In this document: piece by piece, positions 38,781 to 51,305 of the stretch
How positions within the stretch are numbered: position 1 is the first letter of the stretch
Layout of the letters: each line of letters starts with the position of its first letter
Assembly (NCBI RefSeq): GCF_018977255.1
Contig: NW_024704742.1
Location: 120,592,001-120,656,000, forward strand
Origin: Callorhinchus milii
Lineage: Eukaryota
Direction of reading: 5' to 3'
DNA length: 64,000 nt
Made by a program: the position numbers and the translations under genes
Notes under the pieces: generated by a model
What the model saw: the letters and a program-made list of their open reading frames with translations, nothing else
The model's database searches: none
Told to the model about the DNA's origin: nothing

Positions 38781-38974
38781 ATTTTGAACAGAAAACAGAT
38801 GATACGCTTGCAGTTGCTGCTGTCCCTGATGTGGAAGGAAGAATATATCATGTAACTGAGGAAATGAAACAACATCTCAGTCAACTACGATCTGTGCGAG
38901 AACAAGGCCAAAGAACATTTCCATTGGGTTTATCAAATGCCGACGACTCCCTTGATTGTGATTTCAAGCAATAA
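38781..38974 (+). CDS. NT5EL: 5'-nucleotidase-family gene, terminal exon 8
   Basis: cactag acceptor (an in-frame alternative starts at 38799); DFEQKTDDTLAVAAVPDVEGRIYHV...DCDFKQ then TAA; contains the family C-terminal PxVEGRI motif. Summed CDS is 1716 bp = 571 aa plus stop. Confidence 0.8.
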
Positions 38975-39055
38975 GAATAGTTCTCAAAGCACTGTATTCT
39001 CAATTTGTTCACTTATGTACCAAAATTTAAAATATTCCTTTGTATTTTGTAAACT

Positions 39056-39061
39056 AATAAA
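39056..39061 (+). terminator. Candidate poly(A) signal of the 5'-nucleotidase gene
   Basis: AATAAA about 80 bp after the stop, with T/GT-rich sequence downstream; a second AATAAA lies at 39178-39183. Confidence 0.6.
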
Positions 39062-40360
39062 CTTCGTAAATGGTTCTTTTGTATATAAAACTAGCTGAAA
39101 CATTTTTAAAAACCTAAAGGTTAAAAAAATGTTTGCCAGTTGGATGTTTTTNCTTCTTTTAGACTTAGCAAAAGTCTAATAAACACATTTTACTCTTTAC
39201 CATTTTCCTTTGTGACAATTTCTCTCGTGTGTGGTGCATCTGAAAGCATTGCACCCTCATTTCTAGGTGTTTAAATTACTGTCTCTTCATCCATTGTAGA
39301 TTCTGGGAGAAGCAGTATGTAATGGCAAAGTGCCTGATAACAGCATAATGGCTGATCACAACATTATCTGTTTAGAAGGGCTTGGCTCTTACTGAATCTA
39401 GTGACATCCTGTGTCACTTGTCTGTTGTCTACCTTCTTTGATATATCTGTGCACTTTTCAGAAAAGAGGTTTAGATGGAGAAGGCCCTTTAGTTTATTTG
39501 ATCTCATCCTTCCAGAATAATTATTGTTTTTTTTAATTAACCCATTGTTTTACCTTAACTACCCTACCTTGTAAATTTGCTGCAGTCATTAATTACCCTC
39601 CAGGTAATTAACACTTTTTGGTACCTGCCTTGAAGTTGCCCTTTGCACTTTCAAACCAGTTCTCTTATTCTGCAGTCTTGGTTGCATCTGCAAGTACTGA
39701 GTTTACTTTCTCAATCCCATTTAAGATCTTGTATCTCTACAAGGTCTCTTCTGAAATGTATGTTTCAAGATTGAAGAAAACTAACTTGTCTAATCATTGC
39801 TATATGTAGTACCTTGAAGCATCTGTATTGAACTTCATTTGCCACATATCAGCCCATATGCATTCCTTATCAAGTTCTCTTTGTGTGCTCTTTGCTGCCC
39901 ACTCTGGTTCCACAGTTCCCCTACCTCCTTTCCCCTTGACCTCAACTTGGTGCTATCTGCAAAATGAATTGTGTTACATTGGGTTTGTGAATCCAGGTCA
40001 TTAATGGAAATAAGATGAACAGGTGGGTAACCTGCCTAAAAACCCCTCACATTTTGACCTAGTTCCCCTGACAACTATGCTTTGTTACTTTCAGCCAATT
40101 CCAAATCCATACAACTGGATTTCCCTTAATATTTACAGGCATAAGTTTGTGAAAGAGTCTTCCATGGGATACTTTGTCCAACACCTTTGCAATATGGCTT
40201 CCCACATGAAATTTGAAATTACACCTCAAAGAAACTGCGGTTGGTCAGACAAAATGTACCCTTAGCAAAATGTGGTAACTTTGTTTCTAATAATTTATTA
40301 AACATTTTTGTCTTGATTGATTCAAAATTATCTTAGCAAAAGGAAGCAATTTTTAATCTT

Positions 40361-40580
40361 TCAATCTTTTAGCCCTGGGATCATTCTGATGAATCTGCGC
40401 TGCATTTTCTCCAGAGCCCCCTCCAGAGCCAATATATCCTTCCTGAGGTGTGGTGCCCCAAATTGAATGCAGTACTCCAGATGGGGTCTGACCAAGGCTC
40501 TATACAGCTGAAGCATCATTTCCTCTCCTTTATATTCCAGCATCCTTGAGATAAAGGCCAACACTCCATTAACCTTTTTG
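40361..40580 (-). mobile_element. CR1 ORF2 C-terminal fragment
   Basis: LQLYRALVRPHLEYCIQF...MQRRFIRMIPGLK. Confidence 0.92.
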
Positions 40581-42679
40581 ATGACGTTTTGTAAGTGAAT
40601 AATGTATGAGGGTATTTAACGTTCACATAGATTTCAGTAAATTAAGCATAGCGGTCAGAGTGGCAGATGAATTTTAATGTGGACATCTGCACCATAATGT
40701 GGAGACATTGTATAACAAAATATAAATGATGAACGACAGATGAGCTAGATATAAGTGAATTTGACATCTGCCTCAAGAACAAATTTTGTTATTTGTAATA
40801 GCATCTGCTGTGGTGTGTAAAATGAGTGGATTTTTGTGCAAAAAATTAATTACAAATAAGCAAACATGATCTTGCCCTTTTTTTTAGCAGCCTGGAGTGA
40901 AACAATTAAGTTTTCATTGAAATTACCAGAAATATTCAGTAATTGTTTTCTTGGCATAAAATATTTGTGGCTAGACTAAGACCTAAGTAATCAATGCTTT
41001 GTACTAAGTATCACAATACTTTATATTTAGTGAAACAAATGTAGTTCAGTCTAAGGACAGCCTACTTCCCCCCCACCGCCACCGCCCCCTCTAAGGATAG
41101 TCAGGAGTTGTTTGATATCCAACAAGTACAATAACAACAACTTGCATTTACATAATACCCTTCATGCTGGATGGCGCCTTGGAGTGCAGGTTTGAGCCTT
41201 CATTTTCAATCTATGACTCTTTGTGGGACATTGCTGTGCGCAATTGGCTGTCACGTTCGCCCACAAATATACAGTCAATTCACTTTACAGTGTGTTCTGT
41301 GAAGCGCTTTGTGACGCCCTCCCGACGTGAAAAGCGCTATATCAAATGCAAGGATTGAAAGAAATGCAAGGATTCATTATGTGGGTGCCAGATACCAAGA
41401 ACTGCCTGCAGCATTTTCTGTTTTGATTTTAGCATTTCCATTTTTTTTTTTCTTTTTAGCGATTTTAATCGATTCTTTAATTACAAATTTGTTTGGAGAT
41501 TAAAGTTTAAACATTTGGCAAAAACAATTTTAGTGTGCAAAGAAGCTAATCTGATATCAACATCAGGTAACATTCCTAGAATGAACATGATTCTCCCAAT
41601 TGTCTCCTCTGATGTCCAAATTTCCACCTAGTATTAGACACATATAAAAAAAATCATGTAGCTTTAAAATTTAAGATTGCAAAGGATTCTGGAACATTCT
41701 GAAATTCAATCTAATTTGGAAACCTCTTTTCTGAAGTACTGTACTTAAAAATATGTCTTCTTTTACGATTAAATGGTCTAGGCCAATATTAGGTGCCTGG
41801 CTGACCAATAAAACAGAATAAAGCATAAAGGACTGAATATTCCAAACCCTCAGTGGAAAAGTGAAATAATTGTCAGTTATATACTCTCAGAATCAATCCC
41901 CTAAGGACCATCATAAAAACCCTTTAGCATCCTCATCTAATTAACTGTATCCAGTTTTTTTTTACCTGAATAAACATTTATTGTGTTATAAAACATTAGA
42001 TTATCAAGACCTATTGGGTGTGATTTACATCCCACAAAGTGACATTGAGCGTGACTTCCTTGTGACTTTATCATTCAGAAATTATCTTATAAGCTCCCAA
42101 TGGGATATAACTAAAATCCCAAAGGCCTTCATAATAGTATCATCTATTCACTGCTTCTTGGGGAAAATGTGTCAGAATGTGGATTTATTGGCAACACTTA
42201 ACTCAGAATAAACAGGAAGCTATAGAAAGTAAATAATATCGTTTCTCTTGCTTCTCTTGATATCTCTGCTTCATCACGTTTACCAGCATATATAATTATG
42301 TAACAGACATGATCTTATTTAGAACTGGATAAGGTCAATAGGCCCAATAGGATATTTACTATCCTAAGAAACTTGCCTCTCACAATATCCCTCAAACCCT
42401 TTCCAGAAAGATATCTAGTTGCCTTTTGAACCCCTTTACTGTATACCGTCTACTTTAATGGTCCGCCTGTTAACTTTTTCAGGCACTTTACTAACCTTTG
42501 TGTAAAAATTGTGTTGTCTGGTTTCTGTTCTTATTCTTAACATATGTCCTCTGGTGCTTGAACCCTCATCACATTTACTTTCACAAGAATAATATTACAA
42601 TGCTTTATACTTTTTTGATTATTGTGAACAAAAATGAAATTCTGTGGTTTGAACATTCAATAATAACGCTTTGCAGGAT

Positions 42680-43148
42680 AATACTAAGCTCCACGACCCT
42701 ATCACCCCCATCCTTGCCCAACTGCACTGGCTTTCCATCACAGAGATACAGTTCAAGATCCTGGTCCTCACCTTCAAAGCCTTCCACGGTCTTGCTCCCC
42801 ACTACTTCTCCAACCTCCTAAACCCTACCACCCTGTTCGCTCCCTCCGCTCAGCGGGCTCTGGCCTGCTTCACGTCCCCCGCTTTGCTCGCCCCATTATC
42901 GGCAGCTGGGCCTTCCGTCACTCTGCCCCCAACCTCTGGAACTCCATTCCGCAGTCCCTCCGTCTCATTCCCTCCCTCGTCACCTTCAAGACCCTCCTCT
43001 TCGACCATGCTTTCGATCTCACAGCTTCGCCCCTGCCCTCCCCCTCCCCCACCCCAACCCTCAGCTCGGGTCCGTAACTCTGTCCAGCGCCTAAGGACTT
43101 CCTCCCGACATGAAAGGAGCTATACAAATGTAATTTTGTTGTTGTTGT
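42680..43148 (+). mobile_element. L2 3' fragment
   Basis: HDPITPILAQLHWL...FKILVLTFKAFHGLAP, followed by the tail and (TTG)n. Confidence 0.9.
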
Positions 43149-45369
43149 CGATAGAAATTACACAAGTATCTTGAAAGACTTTTGAGAAATTAATTGCTTA
43201 AGAGGGTTCCACTAAAACCTAACAACGTTGTGCAATGAGCGAGAAGAGGCTGTTCTTCTCTTCTCTTCTTCTCTGGGATATAACTAAAATCCCAAAGGCC
43301 TTCATAATAGTATCATCTATTCACTGCAGATTGTTAATGACACTATTTTGCTGGGGTGCTGGCCTAGAATCGTCTGGTTAATTGATCATTATTATGATTA
43401 TTATTCACCTTCTCAACATTTGTGGGACACTGCATTTGCTTACAATCACTACACTTTATAGAAAACTCTTTGAAATGCTTTTTGATGTGATAAATTGCTG
43501 TATCAAATGCAAGGATTGTTCGTATATTTTATCTCAAATCACTATGTAACTGTCCAACTCTGTGTGATCCCTTACCCAACCTTATTTATATTGCACCAAA
43601 AATGATTCATGATGCTCATCTATCATTGAAGAGTCCAAAAGAAAAAGCATGTTAATAAAATTTTCTCCCAAAATTGAGTTGGAGTCAAGTAAATATAACT
43701 GAGGAAGAATTTCAGGCAGTAGAGCATTATCAACCCATTTATAAACTATCCATCTAATTTCCCACAAGATTCAAAAATATAAATTAAGCTCTAATTATAG
43801 ACGTAAAATCCTAAAGGGACATAGGATTTTTTAAGGGACATGAAAACTCCATTTGGCCTGACAATTGAGTTTCTTTCTATAATTGGTCTCATCTCTACCT
43901 TCTCACTATGTCCCTCAATCCCTTCTTACTCAAACAATGCATCTACCTGCTTGAACAATCCATATCAGTGATCTTCCCTGGTGATTTATTCCAAAAATCT
44001 ATTATCCTATGCATAAAAATATTCCACCCTAGTTTCTTACCTATTCCTAATTTTCAATTTCTGTCCTGTGATATTTAAAAATCCTGACAGATAACCACAA
44101 GATATGAACCCTATTTGTGTAATAACAATGGGACAACTTATTTCCTGTTGGCGCCTTGGGACGTCCTCCCGACGTGAAAGGCGCTATACAAATGTAATCT
44201 TATTGTTTGGTAATCTATGACTTGGGTCTTGCTGAGATTTTAACCCACGTGAAGGGCGTAATATAAATGCAAACTGTTCTTGTTTATTAAGAAACAAGTA
44301 ACAAGCTAATCAAACTGAGGAACATTGCTATCATCCGATTCAGTTCAATCTCTCCATTTTAGAAATTATTTCTTGATAATGTATTGGTTTCATAGATGGC
44401 TTCAGGCAACATCTGCTGCAGCTTTGGTAGTACTTTCCTTGAATTTTATGGAGCAAACAGAGTGCAATGCCGCTCAACTGGAATTGGAATTCATTCCTGT
44501 ATTGGTAGTATCTTGCTAATTCTAAATCTAGGTGATTGATGGTACAGGAAGGATATAGCAGAATTGTTAATGGATACCTTGGAAATGGGATCCCGGTTTT
44601 GAATCTCCTACAATAGATGACAAATCCCTTCTTCAAACCTTTAATCCTCTGCTCTGTGAGCGCCTCATGCAACATTATAAAATTTAACATAATTTTACGA
44701 AATATATTTCTGTCTACTGAGCTAAACTGCTTTGCTAGTATGGAATTAATTGTGGTTGAAGAGCTCAGTTTGAGATCAATATTTCATCAGATCAGTTGAA
44801 TTTCACCCAGTGTCTTTGAGACGAAAGACAGCAAATTAAGTGTGCAAGCAAGTGCTGTAGTGTATCAGCAACAAGTTATATAGTGCCCTTCACTTGGAAT
44901 AACATCTTGGAGTGCTTCAAAGTGGTGAAATTAGAGGCTGGAGTGGAGGAATAGAGGCAGAGAGTTCCAAAGGGTGGGGCATAATGACTCAGGCCTTGGC
45001 CACCAATGGTGGCGTGGAAGGGGCAGTGGACATCAGCAATTAGTTGAGCAGAAGGGGCAGGCAAAGGACTGGGGTACAAGCAAGTCAGAGAGATAGGGAG
45101 ATGCTTGGGTGTGAAGGGATTTATTTGTGAGGATCAGGACCTACAAGTGGATCTGTTCAAGTGGATCAGGGAGCCAGGGACGGATTGGGGATGTGGAGTT
45201 TGTTGTGGGTGAGAATACGTGTGGCAGATTATTGGATTAGCTGGATTTAACAAACCACAGCCTTTTAGTGATTTCGCTTTAACTTGACTTGTGCTGATTC
45301 CAACATTTTGACAACACAACTAACAGTTGTTGGATACCCACTCATCCATCTGCAATATCAATGGTATCA

Positions 45370-45760
45370 TGGTTCAAATGGTAGCTGTCTCATTTCTGGT
45401 TGAAAAGTTTGTGGGTTCAAGGCCTTTGCTCAGGATTTTGAGATGACAGTCTGGGCTGACATTTCAGTTGGGAGATAGCTGTCAGAGGTGTCATCATTTG
45501 GATGAGATGTAAAATAAAGTTCTGTCTGTCTGTTCAAGTGGCAGTTGAAAAACCCATGACACTATTCGAAAAAAAATTAGTCCTAAAGTCCTGTATGACA
45601 CTCCTCCGCATAACTTGGTCATTCACCTTCTAGCTTTTGGTGGGAGGTATTGGTGTGCAAAAATTGAATGTTTTTGCTACAAATACAAAGTCACCTTTCT
45701 TATCCGTAACTACTTTAAATTATTTGCGACAGTTAGATGTTATATAAATGTAATTATAAT
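45370..45760 (+). mobile_element. Old Deu-domain SINE (SacSINE1/AmnSINE-like); other copies at about 34610-34990, 37520-37700, 63550-63850
   Basis: tRNA-like head (GTGGGTTCAAG), then GGATGAGATGTAAAA...CCCATGACACTATTCGAA, the Deu core as recalled; the four copies align with each other. Confidence 0.7.
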
Positions 45761-47202
45761 TATTATCAAAAATTGATGCATAACAAATCTGACTCATTTT
45801 CATTCTGGAATGCTTAGGTTTGCTGTTTGTCTAAAGTTTTGTAGGCTTTTCCAACCTCCTATCTCAAGAGTGTGATGTGACTAGAGATATATTTTGACAT
45901 TGGTTAAAATCATTGAATGTAATTTTAGCACCTCTTGTTCAACTCATTTCTATAATATTTTTGTATGATAGCACTTCTGAGTTCTGATACTCATTTTAAA
46001 TTTGTATTTTTTGTTGTTCAATTCCAATTTAGAAATATAGATAATTCTAATTTTAGAGTCTGTGAGAGAGAATTTGGATCATTCCCAAGTAGAGCACAGT
46101 TTTGAGTTGGGGAGCTTTGAGTTGAGGTGAACAGGGAGATCAGTTATTAAACAGGGACTGGCTTTCACATTCAAAAATCCTACTGTGCCAACAGCTGGGT
46201 GAGAATAGGTGATTGTGAATTGAAAAAGGATATGATAAGCACAATTCTGTATTTCTATTGCTCCCTTAAGAATAATTCAATGAAAATTACAGAGCAGCAA
46301 AATGGACAATACTACCTGCAATTACCACAATAACACTATGTAGTGAAAGAGATACCGTTAATAATGTCACAATCATTCCCATCACTAGCTAAACATTTCA
46401 TTATGGCATTCATTCATTTTATTACATTTAATTTTTTTTTACTGATTTTCTCCCATTAGGAATAACCACTGGTTCTTCCCCTGAAGACACTAAGGATAAT
46501 TATAATATCGCCTCTCTGTAAACCCAAGTGGACATAGTTAACTAAGCACAGATTAAGAATCAATCTAATGCTGTTCATAATCACATTGAACTTTGAGGAA
46601 GGTTATAAAATTAATTTAAAAACAAAAGGCCCCCAATAGTTAAAAGCAGGTATCTATTTATGCAAAACATATTTATTGAAACTCTACAGGTTACAATGAA
46701 AGTATAAACAGCACTCAAATTAACTCAGTGAACAGAATTCTTCAGTCATTTGTGTGAACAAAAGAGCAATGATTTGCTACTGTGACAGAGAAAATCAACA
46801 CTGCATTTGTACTATTCTCTTGAGAGTTCAATGCAACAGCTGCAGCCCGATGAGGATGTTTGCAGCTGTTTATTTGGATATTCAACACTATTTCTTCCAA
46901 ACCAAAGTATATGAGGAACATGCGAAACACTTCCTTCAACAATATGTACCAGATGTATTATACAATGGAATCAATAAAATGCAGAAATGAATGGGTTTCA
47001 ATTGAGAGTACAAAACATTGATTGAAATATAGCTCACATATAGCTCACATTACATTTATCTGTTTGAATTATGTGAATTATGTGTTTGAAGAATATTTCC
47101 TGAGAATATTATCAGAACTGGATTCTTTATCTTAGAAAGGTTTTGTAACCTGGTGACTTCACAATAAAGGATGTTTAAATAATTTTTCTACATTGTGAAG
47201 TA

Positions 47203-47308
47203 CAGGGTGACCAAAATGTTATGATACCCTTACAATATCTAATAAGTCTTAAAGAAATTATTATTTTTTTGATTATAGGGTAGTTTTCACAACATTTTGG
47301 TCACCCTG
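47203..47308. mobile_element. Tc1/mariner-type MITE, 106 bp
   Basis: Perfect 18-bp terminal inverted repeats CAGGGTGACCAAAATGTT / AACATTTTGGTCACCCTG flanked by TA on both sides. Confidence 0.88.
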
Positions 47309-47821
47309 TATGAGATACCTTCCTCTATGAGTCAAACAGAGAAGATGTTCTGAAAGTTATTTTTAATGAAAAGAATACATTGGCATTCAAGAAATTCCCA
47401 CAAATAAAAAAAATGCATCTTTTACACAGCATTCTTAAATATTCTACCAGGTAAACAGCAGCTTCAGCACTCCTTTTTATCAATCAATAGTTTTTTTAAA
47501 TAATAAAATCAAAGCTTTATTTCCACATTTGTTTTCAAGTTTCTCTTGCTTCCAGATCAGAGGAACCTTTCACTGTTGCTGAGAAGACTAATAACTCCAA
47601 GACACAAAAGGCATCAAATCAGATTCTGAGAGAGGATAATTGCAACCCTGGTTTTAAAGTCTTCAATTACAATCTTGCAAAACAATAACCAGCTCAAGCA
47701 AACCTTGAGAGAACAGATTCAACAAGTAAATGGAAAACCCTGAATTACTAGGCAGGCCGTCCTTTTACATTGTTCACTGGGCAGGCAGTATGCTGTAAGT
47801 GGTAGTAAGCGCTCTGGGGCA

Positions 47822-48390
47822 CTACAACAACCACAAGATTACATTTGTAAAGTGCCTTTCATGTTGGGAGGACGTCCCAAGGTGCTGAACAGTCAGGGAT
47901 CATGACCCATGCGTGGGGGACAGGGTTGGGATTAGGGAGGGCAGAGGGAATAAGAGTGTGGCGGAAGGCACGGTCGAAAAGGAGAGCCTTGAGTCATGCC
48001 TTGAAGGAGGAAAGAGAGGGAGCAAGGCGAAGGGATTGTGGGATGGAGTTCCAAAGAGGGGGGAGAGAGGCTGAAAGTCCGGCTGCCGATGGTAGGGTGG
48101 GTCGGGAGACCTGGAGCAGGCCGGAGCCTGGTGAGTGGAGGGAGCGGACAGATTGATAGGAGGTCAGCAAGTCAGAAATGTAGGAGGGGGCGAGGCCGTG
48201 GAGGGCCTTGAATGTGAGGATGAGGATTTTGAACTCAATCCTTTGAGGGATGGGGAGCCAGTGGAGCCGGGTGAGGGTGGGGGTGATGGGGTCACAGAGC
48301 CTGGTGTGGGAGAGGACACGAGCTGCAAATTTCTGGATGATCTGCAGCTTGTGGAGGGAAGAGTTGGGGAGTTTCCGTGGTCGAGCCTTG
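47822..48390 (-). mobile_element. L2 3' fragment nested in an older L2 tail
   Basis: L2 ORF2 end and tail on the minus strand; the two halves of a plus-strand tail hairpin flank it. Confidence 0.88.
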
Positions 48391-49339
48391 AAGTTTCAAA
48401 CCTATGTGAAGGGCGCTATATAAATGCAAGTTGTTGTTGTTATGCTATTGAAATAAAATGCTCTTTTCATTCACCGCTGAAAGCTTGGAGTGCTGGATTG
48501 AGATTGGCATAGTTTGTTGATCCAAAAATATAGGTGCAAAAAGGGGTTTGCCATTCATGGATTAGTATTTTTCTCTCTGTTCACAAGTCTTACTCTCTTT
48601 ATCAATACTCCAGATTATTGCTTCTCTGAACATTCCTTTCTTATTCCTTCTAATTTCCAAATGCATCATCCTACCCAATCTTTCTCCTCCTTTCTATATC
48701 CTTACTGTATTGAACTGTCTTCTGCTTTAACTCATTAGTACCTCATTTAGGAAAACTTTCCTAGTTTCCCTCAATCTTTTCCTGCTCCTTCAAACACACT
48801 TCCAAAACTCTAGTTTCATGTCACTTAACCCCTACACTTGACTTACCTTTCCTCTTCTTTGGACCTTGATGGTGTCCTGCACCATGTACCTATGCCTAGC
48901 CTTGTTAATAAAAAATAGCTCAGGTACCTCATTACAGGTAAGCATAGTGAACATCAGAGAACAAATATTGGCAACTTCTGTCCAGTTTATAGTTCTTATT
49001 AAGGCAAACCACAAGGATTTCCTGCACCTTAAATTGCTGAAAATTAAAAAGATGAATCACAAATAACCGTTTCACTAAATATTGCAAATTCCATGGCTTT
49101 TGATACCAATATTTTAAAAAAAGGCTTCATCAACACATTTGTAAGTCTCATCCCATGGAGTGACTGACAGCTGACATGTGAAGTTCACAAACAAAAGTGC
49201 TCTGTAACCATTGGCCGAAGAGAGCAGATCTTAAACAAGTCACAATCTGCCTGCAATTTGGTTCCAGTTTGGTATTCAAGTTGGGGTTTTGTCACTCACT
49301 AAGCACATCAGAAAAACATTCTTTTATATGCTTTATATG

Positions 49340-50288
49340 CTCCCGTGACATTATACGCAGACATGGGGTCAGCTATCTCTCTGCCCCCAGCCTTGACTCC
49401 AGGACCACTGCTGTCCTGACAGAATGTCTGCCAGACATCAAATCCTGGATAAGAGCGAACTTTCTGACCGAAGCTCTCCTGATTGGCTCACGTCAGCACC
49501 TCCACACCTCAGGCGCTGACAGCATCACCATCCATGGATGCACACTCCACCTCACTGAGCCAGTCAGAAACCTTGGCATCTTGTTTGACCCTCAACTATT
49601 CTTTCTAGCCCACCTCTGTGCCATGACCCACTCTGCCTTCCCCCACCTCAACATCGCCCGGCTCCGATACTGTCTCATACCGCAGGCTGCCGAAATCCTC
49701 ATACATGCATTCATAATATCCAGGCTTGACTATGCAAACTCCCTGCTTATCAGCCTCCCCAACTCCTCCCTCCATAGGCTGCAGATCATCCAGAACTATG
49801 CAGACCGTGTCCTCTCCTGCATCAGGCTCGTTGACTCTATCAACCCCATCCTCGCCCAACTTCACTGGCTTCCCATCACACAGAGGATACAGTTCAAGAT
49901 CCTGGTACTCACCTTCAAAGTCTTGCTCCTCCCTACCTCTGCGATCTCCTAACCCCCTACCATCCTGCCCGCTCCCTCCGCTCAGCAGGCTCCAGCCTGG
50001 TTCACGTCCCCAGCCTCGCCCACTCCATCATTGGCGGACGGGCCTTCAGCCACTCTGCCCCACCCTCTGGAACTTCATCCCGCAGTCCCTCCGACTCTCC
50101 CCCTTCCTTGCCACCTTCAAGATCCATCTCAAAACCCTCCTTTTCAATCGTGCCTTCGATCACCCGCCTTCCCTCCCCACTCTCCGATCCCGACCCCCAG
50201 ATCGGGTCCGTAACATTAACTGTCTAGCTCCTTGGGACGTCCTCCCGATGTGAAAGACACTATACAATTGTAATTTTTCTGTTGTTAT
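49340..50288 (+). mobile_element. L2 3' fragment (about 950 bp)
   Basis: VRNLGILFD, SRLDYANSLL and LHWLPITQRIQFKIL motifs plus the tail. Confidence 0.92.
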
Positions 50289-51102
50289 TTACTAACAAAT
50301 AAACTAGTGGGTGTGTTCCAGCAGGTTTTGCAATATTTTCTTTATGTTTATTATTATAAGAAAAGTAAAAGGAGATCTTTCAATAAATCATGAATGAGAT
50401 CAACATATTGTTTAGGAAATAAGAACTGATCTTAAATGGCCTCCATTCTGCTACTATTTTTGCTTTTGAGATTTTAAAGTACTCCCAAAAGTCTTTTCAA
50501 AATATACTCACTGGATATTTCGGTATTGCTGCAGTGAGTAAAAACACTATTCAGTTCTTCATTTAAGATCTGTATCACTTCCTCATGCTTTACATAGAAT
50601 TTGTTTATTCCTCTCTAGCTTGAAATTCCTCACACAATTGAAAAGGAGGGTTTTGAGATGGATCTTGAAGGTGGCAAGGGAGGGGGAGAGACGGAGGGAC
50701 CAGATTACTTGCATTGTTGGTCTTTGCACCATATTCTCTTGGTGGTGGAATAACAGTGTCAACACTTTTCTCTGAGTTAAATAAATCATGCTTTGAGTTG
50801 GACACTTCCAAGCTCTTTGAATGCAATCCAAGTTGTGTCTAGTTTCTTGTGGAAACTGTATCTAGGATCAATTGCACCCTGCAGACTTCGCTAATAGGAC
50901 CTTGGCTTCATCGCTGATGGATAAAACTGATAAAGGATAACAGAAGCTAGAAGGTATATTGCAAACTCCTCTCTTCTATGTGCTTGCCCTGGCTGTTCTT
51001 TAACTGAGCATGTGTAATACTTCAAGGAATTTCTTCAAAACTTATTGATCCACACTCTGTGGTTGAATCCTTAGTATTGTGCCAAACTCTTCATGTATCA
51101 TT

Positions 51103-51305
51103 TTAAAAGGATGGAAAGAAAAAGTAGCAGAGAAAGCAGAAGATGATGAATCCAATAACCCAGTTGACAGAATAGATATAGATAATAACCATGTCCATAT
51201 CAAAACGCCAGCCACGATTGTCATCCTCAAAATCCATGGAGTCCAGCCTGTAAGCTCCATGAGGGAACTGTCTCCTTGTAATGGTATCTGAATGTCTTCC
51301 AAAAC
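51103..51305 (-). CDS. RNF180: RNF180 last coding exon with C-terminal transmembrane anchor
   Basis: cccacag acceptor; [67 protein letters not shown] then TAA. Confidence 0.95.

Noticed and set aside
39152..39152. Single ambiguous base n
   Set aside because: Sequencing ambiguity next to a T-run; no biological meaning.
49197..49952. 251-aa ORF, and the 219/226-aa ORFs at 53983-55060
   Set aside because: Frameshifted L2 ORF2 remnants, not host genes.
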